A stretch of DNA of 63,649 bases, filler included, from Folioceros fuciformis (lineage: Eukaryota), in assembly GCA_049999805.1 (NCBI GenBank). It is 26 parts of 26 records of this genome, joined end to end, with 100 filler letters (N's around TTAATTAATTAA, not from the genome) between each part and the next. Parts side by side here need not be neighbours in the genome. Positions count along the whole stretch, not along the records: positions 8,707 to 16,168 come from JBNGIO010002687.1; positions 16,269 to 19,900 come from JBNGIO010002688.1; positions 20,001 to 22,612 come from JBNGIO010002689.1; positions 22,713 to 26,194 come from JBNGIO010002690.1; 22 more parts are not named here. One strand, written 5' to 3'. A program made the position numbers and the translations under genes. Positions 12,174 through 24,510 of the stretch are shown in pieces. Positions within the stretch are counted from its first letter, which is position 1; each line of letters begins with the position of its first letter. A model generated the notes under the pieces. It was not told the origin of the DNA. It searched no databases and was given only the letters and a program-made list of their open reading frames with translations.

Positions 12174-12245
12174 TCCGTAATAGTCTAGTGGTTAGGATAC
12201 CTGGCTTTCACCCAGGCGACCCGGGTTCGAACCCCGGTTACGGAA
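12174..12245 (+). tRNA. tRNA-Glu(TTC)
   Basis: Identical to 11722-11793; copies start 452 bp apart. Confidence 0.95.
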
Positions 12246-13939
12246 CGGTGCAAAATTGCTCCCAAACCAGACACAATAGTCGAACTCATAGCCTACCTAC
12301 ACTTTGAGGCCGTGTATTATGTTATATAATTTTCTTTCAGTTATTTTGAAATAAAATGAATAGTAGCAGTTCTAGTATGTAGTACTAATAGTTCTTCCAT
12401 CTTCATCTCTGCCTCCGAGAGACCAGCCTGGACAGCAGATGTCGCTTGTAAAGGATAGGCAGGCGGGTGTTGCCACTCACTGCAGTGCCTTTGAAGTTAT
12501 GGCCTCCTAAAATCAAAGAGTCATGGTGTTTTATGCACTGGAATGAATTTTGGGAGCTACATATCTTCAGCAGATTACCATTATCATCTGATGCGCAAGC
12601 CATGTCTACGACCGGCACTGGACACTGGATTCGCATCACAGTGCTCTGAGCACAGGCTCCCGATTATCCCACCTTATCCCAACTTCCGCAGCATAAGCAG
12701 ATCAGACTGCAGAGAATTGAGGGAAGCATGTCACACATGTACGCACAGCGTAGCCAACGTCGAGATTCTTGCGGACCGGACGCGCGCACTTATCCACAGC
12801 TTCATTTCACACGTGCACAGAACGCCATTGGAGCGTTAACGTTTTTTCTGAGCCTCAACCATCCACACTTGATCCAGCAATTGGCTCTCAATGACTCAAA
12901 ATTAAGACACTGGCCTCCTTCCGTGGATTGACAAGTGCCACAATCCATCAGGATGGCGTTGTCAGGATCCGGGCCTGACGTTAATGTTGCCACGAAACAC
13001 CAACTTGAAGGCTGGACTGCCACTCAATTACCTGCTCCTGAACGGTCAATCCATGAAGTGGAGGTGGATGATCGGCCTGTATGACATGGGTGCATGCGCT
13101 AATGCAGCCATGTGACAATGTGTATACAGCCACACTGCAACCTGGTGCTGTGCCCATTGTTGAACTGATTCAAACCAGCATCCGCTGTGCAGCATCAGAA
13201 CTAGAGGTCGAGGCGACTCAGCACGGTGTCGTATATGCAGCCCGAATGCCGTCTGGACCGCGCCTCCAGTGTTGGACCATGTCCAGCAATCATATTTCTC
13301 CCTCGCTCTGCTGGGAATGAATGTCACCTGGCCTGGAACTCAATCTTCTTTATTATCAGGATCTACCATGTCCACGCCCTCACCGTGCCTCATGTGGGTG
13401 AGACTCCGTGCGAAGTCTCTCGATTCCCTTAGATCTCAACAACGTACACCTAAACTTTGAGAGAGTGTGAGTGGTGCGAGAGCGCTCGACGCAATGAGCA
13501 CAGCTGAATCTCACAGCCTCGCATATCTGTCCAGAGTCATGAGCAGGGTTACAATATTAATGCTCCGAAACAGCAAACACTTCGTCATCATATCCACTGC
13601 CGCCCATGCCGACCGCGGGATGACGATCAATCTGCAAAAATCACTTCCACGCTGCTGCAGACGCGTGACTCGGCAGCCCCCGACTCCACGCACACCAAGC
13701 CTCTATGGGTTCCGTCGAAGACACTCGTTCGCTGTCTGTGGCTGCAGACACCAACACAGTCTGACACATTTTTAGGTCATGACATTAGACGCTGGTAGCC
13801 GGGGACAAGCATAGCAGACAGGACTGACCAGTAGTCTGTCATTTGTGAATTAGCAAGGTCGTGAGTGAGAGTGGTGGAATCGCTCTTCACACCGCTATCC
13901 CCCGCCCTTGATGGATTGCGGACTTTCATGCTTTAACTG

Positions 13940-15767
13940 TTACCCACCGAAAGGCTGCCTGATTAGAAAGTGGAAACGGATCCAAGCGCCGTATGTGAAG
14001 GAAAAAGCTACGCGCCCAGACACACGAGCCTGTACCTGTACCTCGTGAGGAAGGGTGTAAGGAGGATCATCATGCTGGTCCTTCAGCTCCACTGCATTGG
14101 AAGTTGTTGCCTTTGCCTTTACCTTTGCTGAGGCTTCCTTCAGTCTCTGTCGATTGTAGAGGACGACCCCAAGGATGGCTGCCGGTGGGCAAGAAATTAA
14201 CAAAATTGTTAAACATAGCTGGAGGTAAAATCTCGAGTGAGTGCGAGTCACCGACAACATGACAGTCTGAGCAAGTGATTATTGAGAGTCGGGTACTTTG
14301 GGTGATACCAACGCAGTAGCCACACATGTTGATGACCGTGAGCTTCGTGTCTGAAAACAGTGCTGCTGATACCAATACAACCATAAAATCCTTCACAACA
14401 CCAGCTACTCGGACTGTCAGTGCACTCGTGCGTGAAACCACCAGGAAGAGAGATACGTTCAACGCAAAAGTGCAAAGCGCATTCAAAGACATGATCACAG
14501 GGTCGAAACTCCATTGTGCAGCAGCGTCCATCTTGGGCTTCTCCAAAAACAGCCATGGTATGAGAAGACACAGCGCACTGCCAATTACAAGCGAACATTA
14601 CTGAGCTCGAAAGAAAAATAAATGATTATCAACAAAGCTGCACTCAAGACATCGAATTAGGTATCAAAGAATGAAGTGGAACCTGCATGGGCTGACGTAG
14701 TACATCATGGTAATAGGGTTCAAATTCAAGCCGTTACGTTTCAAAAGAATCTCTATAAGAATAAGCCTTGCCGATTCCGCTACCACGCCACCCATCTGAT
14801 ATGTTACACCAGCCCAGCTGAAGTCTATCTCTCCATAGGATGCCACGAACACCCCGGTACTGATCAGGACCATCAAAGTCAGCGTCTTCAGACTTAGCAC
14901 CTCAAGACCCACGGCAGCACCAAGAAGGAGCACCACCACAGGCACTGCAAATAGAAACAACGCCGATATGTTTGTGTAGTCTGAGCACCAATTAGGAAGC
15001 AAATGTTGCAACACAGTGTAAGTGTAGAAGAGCGGGGCATCCTTGAAAACATGTACTTATTCAAACTTACTAATTGCCTTCAGCATTTGTGCAAAAGCCA
15101 CAGAAATGTACAAGTATGCTGAGTTCCCCAGCCACAGAGTCATGGAAAACATTCCACCAATGGGAACGATCGATGTGAAGTATCTGCCAAAGCACAACTC
15201 CAACTGTTACTCCACAAACACTTGATCGCATCACGACGCCTGGAGACAAGACGTGTCTCAGCAAACAGCTGATGGCTCACATATGATGTGTCATTCCCTC
15301 TTCATGCTGAACAAACTGTGAGACAAACAGACAAGGCACAGCATACTATCATTCAAGAGCACGTAAGGGAGATCCAACTGGTCCATATCCAACTTCAGAT
15401 ACGAAAGATTGAGCAAAGTCTGATGCAGCATGACGTACCTTGAACACCTTGATGACAAGAAAGCATAAGATTGACGCGAACACCATGTGCATCAGCGTGA
15501 GGCCAAGTGGATATGGGAAGTTCAAATGCTTGGACGAAAGTACCCACTGTTACGTGCAACAACAATCGACAACAGATTCTATCAATCAGCCAAAGTGAGA
15601 GTTTCCCATTGAGATCCAAAATCCATTCCTGCAAGCTCATCACTAACTTTGTTGAAAAGGATCTGGCCGCTGGAAAGAAGAATGTACAGGAGGAGGCAAC
15701 TCGAAGTGACAGCCAAAGGATGCCACTCCCGTTTCCCAGCTCTTGGAGCAGAGGCTGAAGAAACCAT
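13940..15767 (-). CDS. Sugar-phosphate/phosphate translocator (TPT/nucleotide-sugar transporter family, Arabidopsis At3g14410-like), 7 exons
   Basis: Exons 15767-15648, 15546-15439, 15315-15281, 15183-15071, 14944-14683, 14577-14309 and 14178-13940, all GT-AG and phase-compatible. Peptides include [57 protein letters not shown] and [14 protein letters not shown]. Confidence 0.95.
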
Positions 15768-16054
15768 TGCTCTACTGCCAGATGACGCCTAGCTTCATGT
15801 TTCAAAACCCACGTCACCTGCTGCTGACGCTGTTTTCTCTTCAGAAACAAGGTAGCCCATTCCACACCTCGGTGGAAGTCAACAACCTCAGGTTGCCGAT
15901 GTCTTGTTTAGGTCATCTTCCGCGGAATTGAGGAGTGGCAACTGATGCACGGACTTGCACATCTTTCCGTAGTCTTGTGAAATCAAGGTGCGTTTCTCGC
16001 GGAGCTTTGGGAAATCGAGGTGATTTTCATCAATTCATGCACACCATACTATTC

Positions 16055-16113
16055 AGTCTGGTATTCGAACCCGGGCGACCTGGATAATAAGGTGGTATCC
16101 TAACTCTAGGATT
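16055..16113 (-). pseudogene. Degenerate tRNA-Glu-like sequence
   Basis: Minus strand CTAGAGTTAGGATACC...CCAGGTCGCCCGGGTTCGAATACC resembles the local tRNA-Glu (CTAGTGGTTAGGATACC...CCAGGCGACCCGGGTTCGAACCCC). The anticodon and acceptor stems are lost. Confidence 0.6.
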
Positions 16114-16268
16114 GTTCAATCAATCAATTTTAGTTATGTCCACATTGCATTACGAAACATATGTAAATNNNNNNNNNNNNNNNNNNNNNNNNNNNNNNNN
16201 NNNNNNNNNNNNTTAATTAATTAANNNNNNNNNNNNNNNNNNNNNNNNNNNNNNNNNNNNNNNNNNNN

Positions 16269-19200
16269 CACAAAACCGCCTCACTCACGTCAGGAACAAG
16301 CGCACGCACACATGAACAGCAGCAATCTGTTGGACGCCTTCCACCCGCGTGATCTCACACCTTAGATACACCCCCTGCGGTCTCAATTCAGCTTCTTCAC
16401 AGCCTCTCCAGTCTCATCGCGACTAGTCACACATACACACCACGTCTCGTTGCACCCCACACACATTACTCACCTCGCCTCCAGGGTTTCCCCGGCTTTG
16501 TTCTCTCTTACCCCACTCACCAGTTCTCTGTATACATTCTGCCCATCTTAACAGTCGTCGAATCACTTCCACTCCGCTTCACTTCCTGCTTCCACTCCTT
16601 TTCGCTTCCTTTTCGCATTCGCTCTTACCCACTACTCGCCCACTCGCTCCTCCTCCTTCTCACACGCGCACTCTCGCGCTCTCCTTTCTCCGGTTCTTCA
16701 GTCTTCTTTCTCAGCGATGCCCCTCCTGGGCTCCTATTAACGTTGAGGAATAGTAAGGTACCGGGGCTAAGGGAAGAGGAGTCCCTTCCACTCCGAACAC
16801 GCGGATTCGGCTCCGACACCCACACCACCCCACGTGACCACCTCGAGGATAGTTGGGGAGCTTCTCTCCCACTCGGCGAGGCTCCTCCTCCCGATTCGTC
16901 TCCGGACCTGATCACGGAGCGCCCACCACCTACACCCGCACCCCAGGTTGCTACGTGCGCTCGCTTGCCTGGACCTCCCGTCCAGCAACGGCCATCGCTA
17001 GGTCCCTGCAAGGTTGACCTGTTCGGCTGATTCTTGCTGATCTCTCAGGCCTTCAAACCGGCCTCTTGTACACGGTGATGGCGGTTTTTTCCGCCATAAA
17101 GTCTGTCAGGCAGGGGAGTTGCGCTCTTAAATTCTGAGCGACTTAGGTCCAAATAAAGCACGCTAAAAAAATCCTATTCTAGCCTGTATTTGCTATCGCC
17201 CTTTCCCACGCCGCTGGCGGCCTCCTCCTGGCCTTTGCGCGTCACCCCTTGCTGCTCCTCCTCTCGCTCTTCTGCCCCTCCGTTGGTCCGGCAGATCTTC
17301 CCAGAGGATCTCCACATCACTGCTGCTACTGCTGGACCTGGCTGGCGGCATAGGTGGGTCCCACCCTTGTGGTCCACCACTCCTCCTTCTCTGGTTGCTG
17401 AGGACAGCCACAGGCCCCCGTTCTACCCAGCGCTGGGCCTCCTCTTCCGTCAGTTCCTCCAGAACTGCCTCCGCATAGCAGTGGGACAGTCCTGTCACCC
17501 ACCAACTATAGTGGTAAAGTCCCTGGCGCGTCCTCAACTGCAGGCCGTAGCCTCGCGTCCCTCCTGAAGGTTCTCTGCCTGCCCAGCTATTGCTTCCTCC
17601 GGCTCTGTCCTCCTGGTACGGGTCACCCTCCTGGAGCGCCTAGGGGTAGGCGCCCCTACTGCTTCCTCCTTTGTTTCCAGGGTTGGTTCTTCAGCTATCA
17701 TGAGCCTTGCTGGGCCACCGGTAGCCCCGTCGGCTACCCGACTACCGGTAGTCCCGTGGACTATCGGGCTATCAGTAGTTCCGTGGACTACCGAACTACC
17801 AGTAGTCCCCTCGACTACCATTCCCCTGGTTCGGCTACCGGTAGCCCCTTCTGCTACCGGGGTCGCCGACTGACTCGGACGCCCAGCCTTGCCCTTCCCC
17901 TTCACTCTCTCTCTGGCCTCATCCCGCTCCCGCTTGTATCTGTCAGCCAACTTCTGAGCATGCTCTACAGCGGCTATCTCCATCTCCTGTGCCTTGGCCA
18001 TTTCCTGTTGCATCTCCAGGTTAGTCTCGTGAGCCTCTCTCACCTGAGCTACCAGGGTCCCTTGTTGCTCTTTCAACGCCTGCACTTTAGCCCTCGCCTC
18101 GCGCGCCTCTTCCTTGGCTTGAGCCTTCTCCCTGTCCAGGACCCGGTGGTTCTCCTCCAGCAGTTGCCGCGCCGTCTCCGACTCCGTCAGTTGCCTCCTT
18201 GCTTCAGCCTCTCGCTCACGAGCCTTCTCCTCCTTTCCCCGAGCCTCGGCCTCTCACTCCGCTTGTACACTTAACCAGGTCAGGGCCCTAGCAGCTTGAT
18301 CCAGGAGGTCTGCTTGGGCTTGCACCATCGCAGCAGCCAGCCCGGGTAGGCCTTCCTCCTGCACCCGTCCGGTGCCCATTCCTCTCGCCGTGATTTGTCT
18401 GCCCAGGAATTCTCGCAACTTGTGTAGGTCCCCCACCTGCAACTTGTCTCTCTGAGGCCTGCACCTTAAAATGTCCTTCCACCTTGAGAAACCCTCCTGT
18501 GCTAAAACGTGCCCTAACTTATCCTCCTGTCTGGAGAAAACTGTGTCGGCTGCCATCACCTGATCCTGTGGCTCCTCGGGTCTTGTCTCACCCTGACCTT
18601 GCTCCTCCAACCTTCGGTCCTTGATTCTCTGGACAGCTAGTTCTCGTTCTGCCTCCTGCTGGCCCGTCTACTCCAGGGCTGTCCCCCCTTCCTCCTAATC
18701 AGCCTCCATGCTCACACTTTGTCCTCTGGTGCTTTTCCTCTTGGCAGGAGTCTTCTTTTGTGGCGCCATCCTCTTCCTGGACTTGACTGGGGTTTCCTCC
18801 TGCGAGCGATTCCCATTGTCAGCTTCCCAACTGCTGGAGGCAGCCCTTGCTGGCTTAGTGGGCTTCCACTTCACATCGCGAACTGGCTTCCACAGGTGCA
18901 GCGAGGCCAGCATTTCTAGCTCAATGACCAGGTTAGCGTAACTGTACACATGGATTAGAAACGGGGAAATCAGAGAAGGTTCAGGGGTGGGTTGGATCAG
19001 GTTTTGCCTCTCCTCATCCATTCGGGCGTATAAAATCCTCCCCCAGTCGATCCTGGTGCCCTTCACTACTTCATGCACAAACAAGAGCATCTGGTTGGAC
19101 AAATAATCTTGTTTGCGTACCTGGAAGAAGCTCAGGAACCACCTGGCCAATCCCAACAGCTGGGGACTTGCCATGTCGCGCACCAGCCACCCGTTCGCTT

Positions 19201-19900
19201 CCTTTCTCGTGCCTGCCTTGAGCAGCGTTTCCGCGGCTCCCGTTCCGTCACGCTTCTTCAGGGACTCCAACACCAGTCCCCCTTCCTCCTGTTGGTCGCG
19301 CCCGTAAACCCTCCTGATCAACTCCAGGTTCCATTCCTGGGGTCTGCCTCTGATCCCCTCCTTGCGTACAGGCTCTATCACCCTCAGGGTGCACTCCCTG
19401 ACCAGCTGGGGTGCTGCATGGTTCCACTTCTGGGTCATAAAGTTCAGACCCAGCTCTGCCACCAACTTTCCTGCCCTAACCCTCCAGTGCTCCATATTGG
19501 GCCAGTGGAGTAGGTCGATTCGGGGGACAGGAGGTCCCCCCTCTTGTCTAGAGGTTGCTGCTCCAAGGATCAGTTCAGGCCGCGACCTCATCCTGCCTGT
19601 CCTCCTCCCCTCACGCCCTGCGCCGTCTGCCCCGTCGTCCTGGCGCTTTCTCCTCCTTTAGCCGCTTCACGCTTCAAGTTACTCCCACTCCCCGCTCTTT
19701 CGGATGCTGGACAGAGCTCCCCTTTCTCTAGGGTTTTTATGCCCTGCCGGCTTTCTCTCCTTACCACCCGTCGGGCTACCACCAGTCGTCCCTCCGGCGA
19801 CAGTTGCCCTGCCGGCTACCGTCGCCCCATCACCTCGGGCCCTTACTTTTGCCTAAGTCCACAACTAGCCTGTTCCCTAATCATTTCTATTTCCTTATTT
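16269..19900 (-). mobile_element. Repeat family A internal region: long accessory ORF (DWG domain + coiled coil + GTTG repeats) and 3' non-coding region
   Basis: Highly similar to 26295-28203 (+), 30913-34310 (-) and 62437-63649 (+). ORF pieces 19591-18695, 18610-18254 and 18085-17534 are one frame broken by stops. Confidence 0.85.
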
Positions 19901-20640
19901 NNNNNNNNNNNNNNNNNNNNNNNNNNNNNNNNNNNNNNNNNNNNTTAATTAATTAANNNNNNNNNNNNNNNNNNNNNNNNNNNNNNNNNNNNNNNNNNNN
20001 TGGATTCGTCCCCCTCACTTTCAGTTGTGGAGCAAAAATCCTCAACCCCCCCCTAGGAGCGTCTCGCACTCACTGCCTCACCCAGACCTCTCTACTCCCG
20101 CCATGGACAGCGCAATGGATCTCAACCGGGAAGAGTCTCAAACATTTGCTAATCAGAGAGGCACCAACAGACCCCTTTTGTACAGAGTTTCCAAGAGCGG
20201 GAGCCACAGACCGTCATAAAGTTTAGCTCTAAATAGTCAACTTTAAAAAAGGTGCTCTTAATGGCAGGCGGCACCAGGTCAAGATAGCATCTTATCAAAT
20301 CTTTCGCGATTTGGTCGCATTCCGCCAAATCAGGCTTCGGGTCATTTTCTGCGTCATTTTCCGCGGCACATATCTAGAAATCATGCTATTTGGTGTGGAT
20401 TACCCCCAAATCTACGAAAAAACGGTCACGCCAAACTTTCTATTCTTCATGTTTCCTCATAAACTAGCCAAAATTGCGGGTTACCAATAGTAAACCTTTT
20501 TTTATCTTATCCAGTTCCATGGTTGGTCTAACACTCCCGCCTGCAAGTAGACAGAATGATATATTTTGAAATCGAAATTACTTTAAACTGTCAAATGTTA
20601 AAGCTTTTTCAATAACGCTCATTCAACCCTGGCCGGTAGG

Positions 20641-20851
20641 AGTGCGCAGGTTTACCAGCGCGAAGACAGGAGAAGTGCGCCGGTCTACCGGCGCGAAGAC
20701 AGGAGAAGTGCGCAGGTCTACCGGCACGAAGACAGGAGAAGTGCGCCGGTCTACCGGCGCGAAGACAGGAGAAGTGCGCCGGTCTACCGGCGCGAAGACA
20801 AGAGAAGTGCGCCGGTCTACTGGCGCACTTAAGCAAGGACCGGCGCACTCC
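20641..20851. repeat. 33-bp tandem repeat (6 units) with internal palindrome GCGCCGGT-CT-ACCGGCGC
   Basis: Units start at 20641, 20674, 20707, 20740, 20773 and 20806. Consensus AGTGCGCCGGTCTACCGGCGCGAAGACAGGAGA. Confidence 0.95.
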
Positions 20852-21080
20852 TTCCGGTCAAACGATGAGTAGCTGGTGAACACCCAGATCGGGTCTGGGG
20901 AAAGTGCACCACAACTATTCAAAATGAGTTAGGGTTAGGTCAGCGCACAATTAGGCCGAGGTAGTCGCTCTCTATGAGCACCCCCACAAGGGTGCTTATG
21001 AATAGCCAACCACAGCTCTTTGCAAACAGTGTTCATATATATGAAGTAAGGTATACATGAAAGTACTTAACCGGTATAGT

Positions 21081-21217
21081 CTAAGTTTCTGCAAGGTCGT
21101 CATCAAGTTCATCAGCACGGTTTTCTTCATCTCGCCTAAGCACGTACAAGTTCTTTCTGATAAGGTTTCGAGTGCGAGCGTGCAGATGTTTTTGACGAGT
21201 CAACTCAAATCCATACG
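21081..21217 (-). other. Putative terminal exon of an unknown gene
   Basis: Pyrimidine-rich acceptor TTTTATTTTAG at 21228-21218, followed by YGFELTRQKHLHARTRNL...DDDLAET-stop. Confidence 0.4.
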
Positions 21218-21295
21218 CTAAAATAAAAGTGTTCGCGACATATATTGAGTCAATATGCTTCCGAAGTCTTCTTCTTGGCCGTCGCTTACGCCCTC

Positions 21296-21759
21296 TGTGG
21301 AGTGGAACTTGCACCCAAGAACCACCAAGGGCCACACTTCCCCCTATTATCGTCGTAGTACTAGGATTCGCTCCCAAGGGAGTGAACTAGTGTCAAGGTT
21401 CCCCACAATCTTCCCCACATTGCCCAAATGTAATCCTATCTATCAGCCAGCTCCTAGACCTAACCACACTACAGCAAAAAGATCAGAACCCCAGTTGAAT
21501 GAGGACTCAGCATCATCCTTAGCTCTCCCTTCCAGCTCCTAGTATCAGCCGCCTCAACAGCTAAGAGGAGGCCCTAGCCCTGGCCTCGACCTCCACTCTC
21601 AGCCCTAAATGCCAACCACCTCAGCAGCTGATTAAGAACTTAAGTCCCAGCACAACAACGCTACACTGTAGACCTCAAGTCTCTACTCCAGCACTTGAAG
21701 TCTCTACTCCAGCACTTCAAATCTCTGCCCCAGCACTTCAACTCTTTAACCCTTCGCCT
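21296..21759. mobile_element. Repeat family D (probable LTR end beginning TGTGGAGTG), interrupted by family C
   Basis: The same terminus occurs at 21296, 49563, 59014 (+) and 58514 (-). Confidence 0.85.
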
Positions 21760-22612
21760 TGTGGAGGCAAAACCTCGGGCACTGATTGCCAATGGGTTCC
21801 ACCTTTAGTGCCCACACTTATCCCACTGTCGTTGAGACATTGGGTTTCGTTCCCACAAAGGAGCGATGGGGTTCCGTGCTGCTGTGGATGGAGGGTCGGA
21901 CTTGATCGACTCGATGATGGATTCGAGGGCTCCCCTCCAGCTCCGATCAGGCGTAGGACAGGCCTCGCTGTCCGGCGGTCAGCTGCACCTCTCTCGGTGC
22001 CCACAAACTCATTCCAGTCACTACAATGACTCTAACCTCTCAGATCTGCTACTTCCCTCACACACTTCACTCACTCTCTCGCTCCAGCACCAACACCAAC
22101 AACTACCAGCAACCAGCAACGACACCACTACCTTCTACACTTCCCTACGGACTCCTCCTACCCGGCAAGAGTCACTAGACTAACCCCAAACAAAAGGAAG
22201 AGGGGAACACACTCCCCTCTTGGGTATCTCCTCCCCACAACCTTACCAGACGCCATGAGACATGGCCGGCCTACAGCACTTGACCAAGCAAGGAACAAGA
22301 GTGGACAGGTTGAGAGAAAGACACACCCTTTACAATCAAGAGCTAGGGGCAAGCCCCTACACCCTGGTCATTACACCTTGTGATCCTACCAGACACTATA
22401 AAACCGGCAACACGCTGCCCGCGATCCTACCAAACACTGTACAGCCGGCAACACACGGCTTGCGATCCTACCAGACGTTGCACAGCCGGCAACACACTGC
22501 AAGTCCTAAACCAAGCAGGGACAGACCACAAGAGCTCAAGAAGAGAGGACCTCCAAGAGCTCACTAAGAGATAGACTGACTCCCAAAGTGAATGACTCCC
22601 TCCTCCTACAGG
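21760..22612. mobile_element. Repeat family C copy 2
   Basis: Near-identical to 7896-8606. Confidence 0.88.
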
Positions 22613-22779
22613 NNNNNNNNNNNNNNNNNNNNNNNNNNNNNNNNNNNNNNNNNNNNTTAATTAATTAANNNNNNNNNNNNNNNNNNNNNNNNNNNNNNNN
22701 NNNNNNNNNNNNATTCTATTCCTTGCGACAATCGGAGCGCCCATCTCTACTTCTTCTCCTCAACTTTCCGAACACAATA

Positions 22780-24300
22780 CTCCCCGATCATGTCGCCCGA
22801 ACACTTTCTTGAAGTTAGGTATACGTGGCAGCTCAAGGCGAAACAGATACAGACGCGGGCCTATCCTAATTTTGTGCCATGGGTAGCCGCAACGGGGGAC
22901 CTGATGGAATAGTGGGAACCGGGAATTTTCCAGTTCCCATGGGCTATCAACTCTACAGCTATCTTGGAGTTTGCGCGGACTATACTGTAGTGCACACGAA
23001 GCAAGGCAGCATCAAGGAAAGTACGAGACAACCCCACCTTGTGGACGGTGCAGATGATGTGGGGGGTGTACCAATGACCAGCCAAGGAGCGGGGTGGACT
23101 CTACCTCAACTCACAGAGGAACAAGGAGTTGGTGAAGGAAGTAGCAGCTGCCCTCCTAACAGCAGACTCCACCAAGACCACCAACAGGTGGTTAATTCAT
23201 GATTTGAAGGACCCCCGGATCCAAGTAGTGGCTCGGCTGATTATCAATTGGCTATTGGTGACCAAGACGAACCACATAGCCGACAGAGCTCTATTACTCC
23301 TTTTCGGGTTGGCACAAAGCACCCCAATGGATTGGGGAAAGGTCATGGCACATCGAAAACATTTTTGGAAACATAGGCAGGAGAAGCCCCCAGCCTCACG
23401 ACTTGCTCCTTTCCTTTTTCATATTTAGGACCACTATAAGGTCTTGACAGATTTGGAGAAGGCATCTCTTGCCCAGCTCGCTCCAACCCCCCTCCCCTTC
23501 CCCCGCAGCCCCAACCTCGGCTGTGAGGAAGAAAGCTTTGCCACTGGCAACTCAGCCAAAGGCCCTCCCCACATCAATAGTTCTCCTACCGATATCGGAT
23601 CCTTTGGAGGATCGCAGACAGGCAGAACTGGCAGCACCATCCATGGTCTCTACCCCCAACTCACCCCTCCGAAGCAGAGGATCGGAGCTCCTCTGGTTGG
23701 AACCGGGCCTTAGACGATGAAAAGGAGGGTTCTCGTAAGCTGGCTGAGGCTATCCGATAGTTGGAAGAGATGCGAGGCAGGCTCCGAGGGGTCAAAGAGA
23801 AAGCGGCCCAACAAGAGGTCCGAACTCTGAACAAGGCCTGAGAGCATGCAGACCCACGGCAATCTGTGGGATGGGGAGCGGAAGGCGCTTCTGAAGAAGT
23901 CTGAAGACTTGCGCGCCAAGGTCGGAGACCTGGAGGCACAACTAGTGGATTTCAAACCTCGGGAAGAGCACCGAGAGGTAGCACTCCTTCAGGTGCAGAC
24001 GATGGCAGTGGCCAACCTCCGGGTATGCGAGTCCACCACAGTCACCTCTGTGGCTCTCGAAGAATTGCGACATGATGTGGCAATGGCAACAATGCAACAC
24101 GCCGACCTCCTGGAGGCAAGGTGGCCCGTCGGAGTACCAGACTCTCCAGAGAATGGTGGTGGATGTCATCCAGCAATTGGATGACAGCCACACATGCTTC
24201 CACAATGAGGTGCTCCAGGTCCTAACCGAGACCATGAAGTACGTGGTCGTGGTGACAGCACCGGACCTGTACTCTGATGAGCGGACTACCCCAAGTAGCC
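22780..24300 (+). pseudogene. Degenerate DWG-domain/coiled-coil accessory ORF (diverged relative of the family A ORF)
   Basis: WLIHDLKDPRIQVVARLIINWLLVTKTNHIA...PMDWGKVM...SRLAPFLFHI parallels GWLVRDMASPQLLGLARWFLSFFQVRKQDYLS...IDWGRILY...SLISPFLIHV. Confidence 0.65.
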
Positions 24301-24510
24301 CAACACTCAAGCCCTCGGCCCATCTTTCCCGAACCCTGACCTACAGGTTCTGGTCCAATCTCCCCAGATGGGCTCCGCTGACCTGACAATCCTGATTGGT
24401 GGAGCAGAATCTTCTATGGGCCCCACTTCTCCCATAGGATCCACGGATGCAATACCTTCGCCGGACCCCATCCCGCCCCCACCATCAGAATTAAGATGCC
24501 TCTTACTAGC

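Noticed and set aside
11150-12245. CRISPR-like or SINE array
   Set aside because: The conserved units are complete tRNA-Glu genes, the spacers are homologous to each other, and there are no tails or TSDs.
20641-20851. CRISPR array (palindromic repeats at 33-bp period)
   Set aside because: The intervening sequences are identical and only about 15 bp long, there are no cas genes, and the context is eukaryotic.
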